DNA of 64,000 nt from Eledone cirrhosa (taxonomy: Eukaryota). A model generated the notes under the pieces. That model was not told the origin of the DNA and did not search any database. It saw nothing but the letters and a program-made list of their open reading frames with translations. Location: positions 158,968,001 through 159,032,000 of the forward strand of contig OZ024741.1 in the NCBI GenBank assembly GCA_964016885.1, written 5' to 3'. A program made the translations under genes and the position numbers. Below, piece after piece: positions 52,380 to 64,000 of the stretch (within the stretch, counting starts at the first letter, position 1; every line of letters starts with the position of its first letter).

Positions 52380-52968
52380 CTGAAGAAACAGATGAAAAAC
52401 ATATGAAATACAAATGAGGAAGAGATGTGTAATAAATCAATGAGTAAGGAACAGATGAGAGACAGATAAGGAATAGATAAGAAATAGATGAAAAACTGAA
52501 AAGAAATAGATGATAGGCATATGATAAACAGAAAAGAATCAAATGCGAGTTAAATGAGAGATATATAAGAAACAGGTGTGGACCAGATGAAAGACACATG
52601 AGAGAAAGATGAAGGACAGATGAAAGAGAGATGAGAGACTGATAAGAAACAGATAAGAAACAGATGAGAGACAACAACATATTATGACAGGTTTATTCTC
52701 TCTATATTTACTTTCCATTTTACACCATTACATCCATTGGACTTTGTTTCAATGAATGGGATGGTTTATCTCACATAATATTGATTCTATGAGATTTTCA
52801 TATTATTTATTTTGAGAACAATACCTTAACATCACTATGAGTGGCCGTGGCCAGTTACAGCTGGTTTGAACAGAGAGAGGTGAAAGAATTCTGGCCAGAC
52901 AAAGCCGGTTTAGATGCTAAAGGGTTAATAAAATGATGGGCAAAGAAGAAAATCTTGAGAATATTTAC

Positions 52969-53160
52969 ACGATCAATTCTGTCATGTAGATCACGAGCCT
53001 TATGTAGTATATCTCTTCTCTGTTTCAACATTCTCTTGTATTGGTCTCGGATACGTTGAAGCTCAACATATTTTGGTTGGATGCTATCTAGTGCATAGTG
53101 ATCATCCCTAATAAGTTGTTCCCCAGTGCGACATAACCGATCTGTTGTGTCAAAGTTTTT
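52969..53160 (-). CDS. MCF2L: MCF2L/DBS-like exon (192 nt, phase 0 to 0): KNFDTTDRLCRTGEQLIRDDHYALDSIQPKYVELQRIRDQYKRMLKQRRDILHKARDLHDRIDR
   Basis: TTTCTTCCAG acceptor and GTAAAT donor. GEQLI...HYA.DSI.PK..EL is the DBS-type spectrin motif. Confidence 0.92.
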
Positions 53161-54326
53161 CTGGAAGAAACCAAAAAGAAAAAGAAAAGCAGTTAATTTA
53201 AGAAGCATTAGGAAAATGTATGTATCTCAACTCAAATGACTATAATAATATGAGTTTCTGAATGATACACACAGCTGACAATTTGTGAGGTGGGGAAATT
53301 TGATTACATCAATCCCAGTGCATAACTAATACATTTTTTTATTGGCCCCAAAGGAATGAAAGGCAAAGTTGACTTCGGCAGGATTTGAACTCAGAATGTA
53401 AATGCTGCAAAGCATTTTGTCCAATTCTCTAATGATTCTGCCAATTCACTATAATAATAGCCAAGTACTACAAATAAGAGTTGAAAAAATTGGGTAGAGT
53501 ATCTCTGAAGATGGAAAAAAGTGGACAAGAGTGTCATCCTTGCAGATACCTCTGTTCAATCACTAGGGGTACTTTACCCGATTTTGCCATCTTTTGCTTA
53601 TAGTGATTGACTATTATCTTTTGATTTGGGACGTACACATTTTTAATTTCAAAATTTAAAAAAATATATTTAAATGTAAAAAAAAAAAAAAAAAAAAATG
53701 AAATAAAAAAAAAAAAAAAAAAAAAATTTACACCCTGATTAAATGTGTAAATATCTATGAGAATTGGTGACATGCTGTACTGAAGAATACCTGTCTACCA
53801 GCATAAAATATGCCTTCCACTAGCACACCTTAGTAACTACCCTACCAATAGCAGTCCCTAGCAGCCATCCTCACTATCATTGTATGCCACCCACTACATT
53901 CACCCCTCTCCACTACCACACCTTAGCTAACTCCACTATCACCATAACTATCTTTCAGTTGTTTTAAAGACATAATGGTCTCCCTAGTGCTGGTGTCACA
54001 ATAGAATGTACTCAGTAGAGCATTGGATCAGATGTAAGTGAGATGCAAAGCTCCAGGCAATCTAAATACATCTATACTATATTAGGGTGGCTTGACATTT
54101 GACTATATTTTAGAGAGAAATTGATATGAAATTTGGGTTTAAAAAATTCACTGAGGCAACTTTGAAGAGGGGAAAATTAATTATAAACACTAATACTATG
54201 TTAGATAAAGAAATAGAGATATAGGAATTTGATCAGACACAGACATACACATATTTCAGATCCAGTGAACTAGATAGTGTACAAAACACACAAATGAAAG
54301 AAAGGGTTAGGAAGAAATATTATAGA

Positions 54327-55217
54327 CTAGCATTAAAGCCCGGCGTTGCTCGGGGTCATTAAGTTACCAAAGTTAGGTTGCACCACCCATTTTATGGCAG
54401 CCCTTTTTTGTCTGCCAGGCACAGGGTGAATGAATTGCAGACCTGGAAGCATGAGCTGCGCCAGCAGTGACAATTGTAGTTTCGCCTATGGATATTATCT
54501 CTGTGCAAAAAAGTGTTGAAATTTATTGTTTCACAGTACTTGCACAACACATGCGTAGACGATGCCAGCCGAACAACAGAGCTGCAATGGAGTTGTTCTG
54601 CATGGTTGTCTGTGTGTTTTCTAAATTTAAGACAGTAGGGAGGGTTGTGATATGAGGGAGAGTTAGCTGTTGTTTCTAGCAGGTTTAGTGACCTCATAGA
54701 GGATATGTGTTTTCTAAATTTAAGACAGTAGGGAGTGGTGTGATATGGGGGAGAGTTAGCTGCTGTTTCTAGCAGGTTTAGTGACCTCATAGAAGATATG
54801 TTTTCTAAATTTAAGAAAGTAGGGAGGGGTGTGATATGGGGGAGAGTTAGCTGCTGTTTCTAGCAGGTTTAGTAACCTCATAGAGGATATGTGTTTTCTA
54901 AATTTAAGACAGTAGGGAGTGGTGTGAACGGACAGTATCACCATCAAGCTTGGAAAGAGAAAGTAGCAGAAAGTATGAAGTTGTATAGATTTTGAATGGT
55001 AGTGGAAAGAGTTTAGCAGTTTAAATGACAGAGAAAAATCGTAAAATATTGAGTTTTATCTATTTTTTGCGTAATTGTGGGTGAAATTGAAAAAATTATC
55101 TGCGTCAAGACGCAATCGAAACTATTTTGTATACTGTATGGTAAATTTCAATTGAAGAAATTCTATATCGTAGATTTCTATAACGAAGGAGCTTGACTAC
55201 ACACTGAGCTTTATAGA
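54327..55217 (-). mobile_element. Non-autonomous Helitron with an internal ~92 bp tandem repeat (54613-54925)
   Basis: Minus strand starts A|TCTATAAAG and ends with a CCCGAGCAACGCCGGG hairpin then CTTTAATGCTAG|T. Inserted between A and T with no target-site duplication. Confidence 0.8.
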
Positions 55218-55389
55218 TTATGATAAATTAGATTAATATTTAAATCAGAGCTTTAAATAAGGTAACTGGTATCAATACACAAGATGTCCCAATAATCAGT
55301 TATAATCATAACATAATCATTATCATTGTTTAACATCAGCTTTCCCTACTAGCAAGAGTTGGACAAAGGTTATATGTTAAATATATTAG

Positions 55390-55870
55390 CAAGATTAGAC
55401 AAGAACACAAAAATAGTGGCTGCAATTAGAGAATATAACCTTAACGTCTCTAGTCTCAAACTGCAAATTTTTAAAACAACCCCTTAGATATTTTCTGCTG
55501 AATCATTAGAGGATGTTAAAAGTTAAGTATCTACAGATGATGTAGAAATAATAACCCATGTTGTCACTGGCTGCCCAGTATTTTCATCTACAGGCATGAT
55601 AAAGTTGGAGCTTTCATATAGTGAAAGCTATACTAGCATTATGAAATACCAACAGACAAGAGTTGGCATAACTATGCTTCAGAAACAGTCACAGAGAATG
55701 ACAAAGTAGACATATTCTGGGACATATACCAATCCATAGACACAGAGTGATCAAAACCAGAAAGCCAGATATAGTTGTCAAAGACTATTAGGAAAAGACA
55801 AATATGTCCTCATTGAAATATCAGTCCAAAAATATGATAATGTATTTCTAAAATAAATGGAGAAGTTATT
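55390..55870 (+). mobile_element. Decayed R4/Dong-like LINE C-terminal fragment (zinc knuckle plus restriction-like endonuclease)
   Basis: Frame-shifted peptides ITHVVTGCP, RHDKVG, ETVTENDKVDIFWD, RKPDIVVKDY and LIEISV. Confidence 0.7.
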
Positions 55871-56922
55871 CAACATCATTATCGCTTAACGTCCATCTTC
55901 CACGCTAGCATGGGTATTGAAATACAGATTTGTGCAAACAGAATGTATGTGTTGATCGACTGCTTCCTTTTCAGGACAATCACCATCAAGACCTATGATG
56001 TCTTTCGTTCTTGAACTGCCATTTCCTTCAGCAAAATGAAGAGGAGTGCATCTCGCCTGAGTATGGAACCCTGTGAAATGAAGTGGCTAATGCAGCAGGA
56101 GTTGCCAGCTGTTCTCCACAGCAATGCCTCTGTCATTTTGTCTGTGGAACACAGTTAAGATATACTGCCTAGATTGGTGTGAGAATTTGTCACCCCCACC
56201 CTTCTCTTACTTTGCTATTTAATTTTTTCCCCTCTTTCTTTTTTTTTTTTTTATTACAAACATTGAAATTTGTTGAATAAAGTATTTGAGAAAATCCCTG
56301 TAATATGTACCTAGGAATGATTAGAAAAACACACAAAGAAAATCATAGCTGAAACCCATGCCGTACAAATATGCACAGCCAACCTTAACTCTTATGATAT
56401 TAACCCACCCAAAACTGTCACTGATTCTATAAAACAAAAAACAAAAAAAAAACATTAAAAAAAGTTCCTGTCTAAATTAAAATTTTCCAACATAATTTTA
56501 TATAAAAACTATATGCTAAATTACTAAATTAAAATTTGTTGTTAAATTACATTACAAATACCATCTTAATGAAATAACTAATTATTTTAGTAAGTCTTTC
56601 CAAATTTTTAATTCATTCAAATATAGTGTATTTCATTATAAATACAGTAATGAAAGTATTAAATAGCACTACTAGATACTTATATTATATAGTGTACATA
56701 CATATTATTTAGTACACAAGGGCACATATACAGTATACATAAATTAACTTCATCAGGCACTATAGAAATATTATGTAGTATACAATTAATACAATAGCAA
56801 ATACAAAACCAAACCAGTACACTGCATGTACCAAAGGCACACAGAACTGTGCTCAATAGTGCCGGAAATACATACAATAATAATATGATTACAGATATAA
56901 AAATAAAGAAATCATTAGTTAC

Positions 56923-57045
56923 CTTTGCTTTTTTCTCAAATTCTTCAAAATCTGCAAAAAGTCCATCTATCTGTAGACCAGATTCTCCTATGTTTGGCAT
57001 AGAGGATTCCAAAAACTCTAGGTTACGTTCCGAAGCATATTGGAT
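56923..57045 (-). CDS. MCF2L: MCF2L/DBS-like exon (123 nt, phase 0 to 0): IQYASERNLEFLESSMPNIGESGLQIDGLFADFEEFEKKAK
   Basis: TTCTCTTTTGTTCTAG acceptor and AAG|GTAACT donor. Spectrin-repeat pattern (IGES..Q...L...FEEFE.KA). Confidence 0.9.
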
Positions 57046-57208
57046 CTAGAACAAAAGAGAAATTTATAACATAAAGATGTTAAATATATATATAATCACT
57101 TATGTTTATTTATATGCTACAGTATGACCACAACACCCAGGCCCAAACTAGTAAATAAATATAACTAATTATAAACACACGCACACACATAAATATAACT
57201 AATTATAA

Positions 57209-57265
<57 letters not shown>

Positions 57266-57425
57266 GATAAATCTACCAAGAGTTTACGGTAGTGTCCAAT
57301 CCGTATGAAGAACTCAATGTAATCCGGATATCATGGAAAGAAGAGATGCAATGAAAAATCACTTTCGGTGAAAGATAAACGGAATACAGAGTCAAGATAA
57401 AATATTAAATATATATATATATACG

Positions 57426-57466
<41 letters not shown>

Positions 57467-57574
57467 ACGTATATATATAAAATGATGATGATGATATATA
57501 AACATATCTGATTATAAATATATTTATATATAAATATAAAAGGATTGATAAACGTTTATATATAAATGAATATT

Positions 57575-57750
57575 GTTGGCAGTATCGGTAAAGGGTCGGA
57601 CATGATTTCCAGCATAGTTATGTCCCTTTACGATCTGAGTTCATATCCCGCCGTGGTTAACTTTGCCTTTCATCCTTACCGGGTCGATAAAATAAAGTAC
57701 CAGTAATGTACTGGGTAATTGCTGGCCTTGTGCCTAAAGTAGAAACGGTT
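57575..57750 (+). mobile_element. SINE family B copy
   Basis: Collinear with 39203-39391. Confidence 0.85.
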
Positions 57751-58701
57751 ATATATAACCATATAATAATTAAAGATATGCCATGGAACAGGATGAGTCC
57801 TCTAATGTCCCTGCTAGCCATGTCCCTGTTAGATTATAATGATTATATATATATATTGTATTTCTTCTTCTTTGTCCACTTATTCCTGAGAGGGTTGTGG
57901 AGGCAGCGTCCTCAGACATACCTTCCAAAGGGTCATATCAAAAGCAATCATCTCCCCAAGTAAGACCAATATATATGTATATTCTATTTTTGTCTTTCAG
58001 AAATAGGCATGATTTTATTGGTGGGATGCCCTTGCTATCAGCAATCAATTAACAGCATGGTTGGGTGTGTTTACCATGCCACCAACACTAGAGATGTTAA
58101 GATTCAGAGGTAGTGTCTTCTTACAGAAGTCTTCCTTGTAGCTCTATGGAAGTCAGGCTTCCTCCGTAAAATTTTAGTTAGTAACTGCTCTCCTAGACAG
58201 GTTGCCTTTACTGCATCTTATGTCTATCATGTCATTCTCAGCTTGTCTACAATGTTAAACTTTCAGCTCTTGATCACTGAGTTAATAAGTGAATGGAATG
58301 TAGGAGAAAGAGGAAAATGTAGGTTGAAGAGTATTATGTGGATAAGAAATAGAAGAAAATCAAGGAAGACGTAGGCAGAAGGGATGAAAGCTGATCTCAT
58401 GATGCTGAACCTCACAAGACTAAAGAACATGTAACAAGTTACAAGATGTTGTTTTGGAAAGAACCGATCCAACCCAAGCAAGCATAGAAAAACATTCAAT
58501 GATGATAGTGCATGTGCATTGCTTGTATTGTAAAGTTTTTCAAGCCCCAAAAGTGTGTGTGTCCATCGTGCTGAGACTGGGAAGACCACTAATCAAGGGA
58601 GTACTCAATGCACGGAGAGATGCATAGTGAGTACAGAAATAGGTAAAATCCCAATTGCAATGCCAAGCCAGAACTGTTTGGTACTGCGGTTGGTATTTTT
58701 C

Positions 58702-58732
<31 letters not shown>

Positions 58733-59870
58733 CACATACACACACACACACACACACATATAAATGTATGTGTGTGAGAGTGTGTGTGATTATCATCTTT
58801 ATTTTACATCCGCTTTTCCATGGTTGCATTCAAACACACATACACAAAGAATATTGCTATTTCATTATTAAATAGTTTGTAAAAAGAATATTTGTCTCGG
58901 TTCTCAGCAAGTCATCATTTATTCATAACTGCAAATGGACAGTGTCTGACAAGTTAATACCAAGTGATCTCCCTTGAATATCAAATCAAAAGCAAGCCAA
59001 ATGAGTCACACCCACTGCCACCGCCACTCCACCGCTATCAACCCCACCACCGCGTGACAAGACATCTTTCCTTTCAACAGTTGTGTGAAAAGCAATCAAT
59101 ACTTTGTATTGCAAGACTTAGAAAATGTTTGTTGTAGTCATGGATTGGTGAACAAGTTTTACTGTCATTGTTGAACCTCCGTCAGTTTGGACAATGAGTG
59201 TTCTACTTATTTTCAGAAAACAGTATAACAACCTTGAGAAATTAATATGCAAATAGCTGAACATACAACAGAAATGTGTACCCATGACGCAGTTCTCAGG
59301 GAGATTCAATGTGACAAGGCTGGCGCTTTAAATTACAAGTACAACTCCTTTTTGTCAACTAAGTGGACAGGAACAATATGAAATTAAGTGTCTTACTCAA
59401 GGACACAATGCTCCAGTAAGACATGCACCTTCATAAGCTTTACTGTAAATCTGTTCACTAACTCATGAGGGATCCTCAGTTAATCTTAATAATGAGTCTT
59501 TAGTTTGATAAATTAATGTGCAACTTGTGAATTAATGTATAAGTAGTTGAGTATTCTACAGACACATATGTCATTAATGTAATTCTGAAACCAAATCAGT
59601 GTGGCACAATGTGTGACTAGGCTGGACCTTTGAATTATAGGTACAGTCTATCTGACAGGTTCCATGAAGTTTTCATCTAACCAATTTCCCTCACAAGATA
59701 CACCACACACATGTATACATACACAAGAGTGACAACAAAAACAGATATATTCATACATACACAACACATATACGACACACACAAATCATAAGAAACACAT
59801 ACAAACCCAAGACAGAAACAAACATAAGACATACACACACACAAGACAATGTTTATAAGAAAAGACTTAC

Positions 59871-59985
59871 AAGTTTAAATTCTTCTTCAAACTGCCGTAG
59901 TTGCAAACATTGTCGTAATTTATTTTCATGCCGTCCCCAGAACATTTCAAACTGGAGTTTATTCTGTTCTAATTTAGTTAGTAAC
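59871..59985 (-). CDS. MCF2L: MCF2L/DBS-like exon (115 nt, phase 2 to 0): (R)LLTKLEQNKLQFEMFWGRHENKLRQCLQLRQFEEEFKL
   Basis: CAG acceptor and GTAAGT donor. Not in the ORF track; translated by hand. The FW..H..KL.QCLQLR.FE motif is characteristic of DBS/MCF2L at the start of the spectrin repeat. Confidence 0.92.
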
Positions 59986-60050
59986 CTGTTAAGATGGAAC
60001 AAACATTCTATTAGTAAATTAAGTAAAAATTAACTTTAGTTAATAACTTG

Positions 60051-60703
60051 TTAACTCTTTGTTACCACATTTCTAATGAAAGACACTGCCTATGATTTTC
60101 AAATCGTTTTAAAAATAATCAAGAATTTAGTAATATAAGTTTCTCATTATTAAGTTGATATTTCGAATATAACTTAGCAAAGATTCTTACATAAAATTAT
60201 GATGGAAGGTTTTTAGATAAATATATATACTTTAAACCTTTTGTTAACATATTCTTGATGAAAAACACTGCCTATGATTTTAAAATAATTTTTTAAATAA
60301 TGAAAACTTTGGAGATTTAGTAATATAACTTTCTCATTATTAAGCTGGTGTTTAGAGCTTAACTTAACCCTTTAGCATTTACATTACTCTATATATACTA
60401 TTATATTTTCATGGTAAAGGCTTTACTTCACATAATTATCTCACATAATATCGAATCTATGAGATTTTGAAAGTATTTATTTTGAGAATAATACCTTAAC
60501 ATCAGTTTGAGTGACCAGTTACAGCCAGTTTCAACAGAAAAAGGTAGAGAATTCTGGCCGGTTTTGGCCAGTTTGAACATTAAAGGGTTAAATATTTTTA
60601 CATAAAATTACAATGGAAGATTTTTTAGGTAAACATTAAGACAAATAGTTTTGAATCATAGAACCAAGAGCAGTTTCAGGCGGTGTAGTATCAAAAGGGT
60701 TAA
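60051..60703 (+). mobile_element. Tandem family D MITEs with a family E MITE (60368-60587) nested at a TTAA
   Basis: The inner element CCCTTTAG...TTAAAGGG is flanked by TTAA at 60364-60367 and 60588-60591. The host sequence resumes after it and ends AAAAGGGTTAA. Confidence 0.8.
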
Positions 60704-61730
60704 CTTAGAGCAAGGAATAGATTAGGAAAATTAGTTAAAAGTTAGTTAACTAAAGAAATAGTTAGGAACTTGTTAAGACAACAATAACAAGTTGGGCCTC
60801 TGTTGGTTGTAAAAACAAGTGTTCCAGTTTTTCAAATACTGGAATAGTCTGTCTGTGAAATTAACATGCAAGTGGCTGAGCATTTCATAGGCATGTATAC
60901 CTTTAACATAGTTTGTGGAGAGATTCAGTGTAAACCATTGTATAACAAAGCTGGCACCTTGAAATAGATACAACTCATTTTTTCCAACTGAGTGGACTGG
61001 AGCAACATGAAATAAAGTGTTTTGCCCAAATGCCACCAAAACAAGTAGATTAGTTAAAGTTAGTTAACTAAAGTAGAAAACAAACTGGACTATTCCATTA
61101 TTGTTATGATGAAGACACTGTTATCATTATTGGTGGTATTATAGAAAAGACTACTAAACTACCCTCAAGGCAGAGTTGTAAGAGTGTTGGACATATACTT
61201 AACAGTATTTTGTCTGGCTCTTTACTTTCTGAGTTCAAATCCTGCCAAAGTCAATTTTGCCCTTTCCCCAAAAATTGTTGACCAATGCTTTGCATCTTAG
61301 AGTTATGGCTCTTTATGTTCTGAGTTCAAATCTCGGTTTGCTTTTCATCCTTTCGAAGTCAATAAAATAAAGCATCAGTCATGCACTGGGGTTGATTTAG
61401 TCAACTTTCCCCTTCTCTTCAAATTGCTGGCCTTGTGCCAAAAGTAGTAGCTCCCTGAACTTTTTTCCACCCTGTTCTCAATGTGGCTACTGTACTTTCT
61501 AAACACCTATCAATAGAGCTAGATTCCTGTGAGTACTTACTGCTCCTGTGCATCAACTATACGTAAAACCTATATTCTTTGCTAGTCTGCCTGAGATTCC
61601 ACTATATCTCTTGTGTAGCCATAGTTTTTATTTGGGACAAAGAATAGAATGGAATACACACACACAAAGGGAAAGAAAAACATTGAACAGTCTGTTGAAA
61701 AAACAACACAAAGCAAGAAAACTATAATAC

Positions 61731-61990
61731 CTCTCCAGTTCCACCACATGTACCAATTTCACCAACGGAATTTCCTGGCTATTTCCTTTCACACAATTGA
61801 GCAAAATTTCGCCGTGGTTAGTGGTACTATTCAAATCATCAAGGAGCTCCTTTCGTCCCTGGATGTGTTCCCGAATCAATGCTTCTGTCCCAGCAACGTC
61901 ATTTGGGATTTCCGTCTCTTCATATCGGGCAGCGAGTTGGTCTAGTGAGTGTGTAATGTCGCTGACATTAGTTGAAAATTTCTCACTTGC
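61731..61990 (-). CDS. MCF2L: MCF2L/DBS-like RhoGEF, first exon visible in window (260 nt, phase 0 to 2): ASEKFSTNVSDITHSLDQLAARYEETEIPNDVAGTEALIREH...VVELER
   Basis: Pyrimidine tract plus CAG acceptor (61991-61993) and GT donor (61729-61730). Open frame with spectrin-like helical character. Splices in frame to the 59985 exon. Family assigned from recalled similarity, not a search. Confidence 0.88.
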
Positions 61991-62626
61991 CTGATAAAAA
62001 AGATAATGAAACAAATATGAAAAGCAAGAATAGATGTGACACTGAGGCTCATTGCCAAAGGGAGGGAGCAATGGATGGCACATGCTCGGATTTTTAAAAA
62101 AATCATGATGATATGCTAATTCTGAAACTCTGCCTGCCTTAAAATTATTGTGAATTAGGGCATCCAGCCATAGAAAACTTGCCAAACAAAACATTGGGAG
62201 GACCCTTCACTTGTATCAAAGACATGACAACCTCTCTTGTGCACTTAATAGAAATGTGAGACCATATATGTACGTGAAATGTATACCCCCTACCTCTAGT
62301 CTGTTTGGGAGGTTGGTGGTTCTGCTTCAGTATGGACTTGGTTTATGTAGACATGCCCAACCCTTGCTATCAGGGAAAGCAGTCCTTAAATGATGATGAT
62401 AATGATGAGTGGTCATCAAGAATGTTCCATAGAACACCCTACCTCCCAAGCACCAAATGCCTGGCAATATTTGTGGTTATTATAGTCAAATATGAGAGAC
62501 TAACATTACATATACAGGCCAAAAATATATATTTAAACTGGAGAAGTAAATGTAGTTTGTGTGGTTGTTGCAGGAAAATATGTTTGCTTGTTAAGCGGAT
62601 GATGAGAAAAAGTTAACAGATTGTAT

Positions 62627-62965
62627 GGAGGCACATGGCTTAGTGGTTAGAGCAGTGGTCTTGCAATCGAAAGGTTGTGAGTTCAATTCTCAGACCGGCT
62701 GATGTGTTGTTTCCTTGGGCAAGACACTTTATTTCACATTGCTCCAGTTTACTCAGCTGTAGAAATGAGATGATAGTGATTAGGGTCCCTATCATTCCAC
62801 TGCAAAGTGTTCGTGGAGGTGCCATGGCAAAAAAGCACCCAGCACTCACTGTAAATGAGGTTGGTGTTAAGAAGAGCATCCAGCTGTAGAAATCAAGCCA
62901 GCATCAGTTCCCGTCCCACCCTTGCAAGCAGGGAAAAGCGGACGTAAAATGATGATGATGATGAT
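62627..62965 (+). mobile_element. SINE family A, full length
   Basis: A and B boxes, CCTTGGGCAAGACACTTT, (GAT)n tail. Confidence 0.92.
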
Positions 62966-64000
62966 GTATGTATGTTTTGACTTAGGAATCATGATGAAAT
63001 CATAGTAGTACTGTCTGAGTTCAAGTCCCTTGGTGGGATATGAGTGCAAGAGAGCTAGAACAAATACTGCAAAACATTTAATATGGCATTCTAACATCTC
63101 TGCCAATTAGTGATCTGTGGGGGTTATCATTAGAAAGGGTTAATTTAGGTTTTAACTCAAAATAATATCTACATCAACACTAAATATGTTTATGTTCAAG
63201 TAATAGATTAGGTTAAGGGCAAGTAAAGTTCCATAGCTTTGGTAAGTTTCCTACATCTGATTTCAACGCTGGCAGTTGTACCAATTTACGATTAACCATT
63301 TTGTTACTATATTTCTAATGAAAGACACTGTCTATGGTTTTCAAATAATTTTGAAAGTAATCAAAAACTTGGAGTGAGTTGATAATATAACTAACTTTAT
63401 AATTATTAAGTTGGTGTTTGGAACATATCTTAAAGGTTCTTACATGAACTTATAAGGGAAGGTTTTTATATAAAAGCCCTCAACATCAATCCCAGTACCT
63501 GGGAATTGCTTGCCCTGGATCATCTAACCTGGTGAAGAAAAATCTTTGAGGAAGCATGTGCAACAGAAACCAGACACATTGCAGAGGCTCAAAGGAAACA
63601 TTCAGCACAGAGCTGAGATGCATTCACTTCTACTACAACAATTAACCGCATGTGCTCCATATGTGCTGTTTCTGAGCCTGGATTGGCCTCATCTAACATT
63701 AAATTCATGGTCATCTCTGACTCTGAGGGACGAATAACATCATGGACACTTAAAATAAATTGTTCTGGATTGTAGAAGCAGGGTGGTTTTAAGAAGTTTG
63801 ATATGAAAAGGATTAAAAGCTGCTAAGTCCAGGTCTGATTTCAGAACTTCACTGTTTGGCAGTTATACCCATCATTTATAGGAAGAGGCTGATGAAGTAA
63901 ATCAGGTGATCAAATCTAGAGCTGGAGTCCTTAATATAGTCTGGTCAGCCCCATCATTAGATATTGGTGCTTTGGGAGCCTTTGGAACATTCTAGGTGGC

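Noticed and set aside
52385-52680. 105-aa hydrophobic ORF upstream of the 52379 exon
   Set aside because: A degenerate TCTCATC/TTATC-type simple repeat forming an extended pyrimidine tract, not coding.
54392-54790. 132-aa ORF as a Helitron Rep/helicase or captured gene
   Set aside because: Half of it is the tandem unit translated, and no Rep or helicase motifs are recognisable.
62627-62700. tRNA gene
   Set aside because: It has A and B boxes but continues into the SINE body in five copies and lacks a proper acceptor stem, so it is a SINE head.
63500-63737. Tc1/mariner transposase remnant (KPDTLQRLKGNI)
   Set aside because: The similarity is too short, with no DDE motif or TIR seen.

Overview
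AT-rich, microsatellite- and repeat-dense eukaryotic DNA, most likely a coleoid cephalopod (Octopus-like; inferred from repeat content, not proven). The window lies inside one minus-strand gene, a Dbl-family RhoGEF of the MCF2L/DBS type. Seven GT-AG exons splice in frame (61990-61731, 59985-59871, 57045-56923, 53160-52969, 52379-52188, 50837-~50388, 2173-2007) and encode the spectrin-repeat region and the linker before the DH domain. The N-terminus and the DH-PH part lie outside the window. A ~48 kb intron holds a 2.8 kb G/C-skewed minisatellite, decayed RTE, R4-like and CRE-like LINE pieces, and most copies of three SINE families. TTAA- and TA-flanked MITEs occur throughout, and a non-autonomous Helitron sits in an upstream intron. 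Nearly all other ORFs in the track are microsatellite noise. Best leads: (1) unrelated short inserts inside (TA)n tracts, three of them near-perfect asymmetric fold-backs and two carrying minimal hammerhead-ribozyme motifs, consistent with microsatellite-targeting Penelope-like or retrozyme-like elements; (2) a 21-nt frame-preserving candidate microexon with a UGC motif beside its acceptor; (3) a candidate PPxY-bearing alternative last exon; (4) a Helitron that appears to have captured and amplified a host repeat. Everything was read by eye, with no database search, alignment or folding run. Repeat boundaries are approximate.
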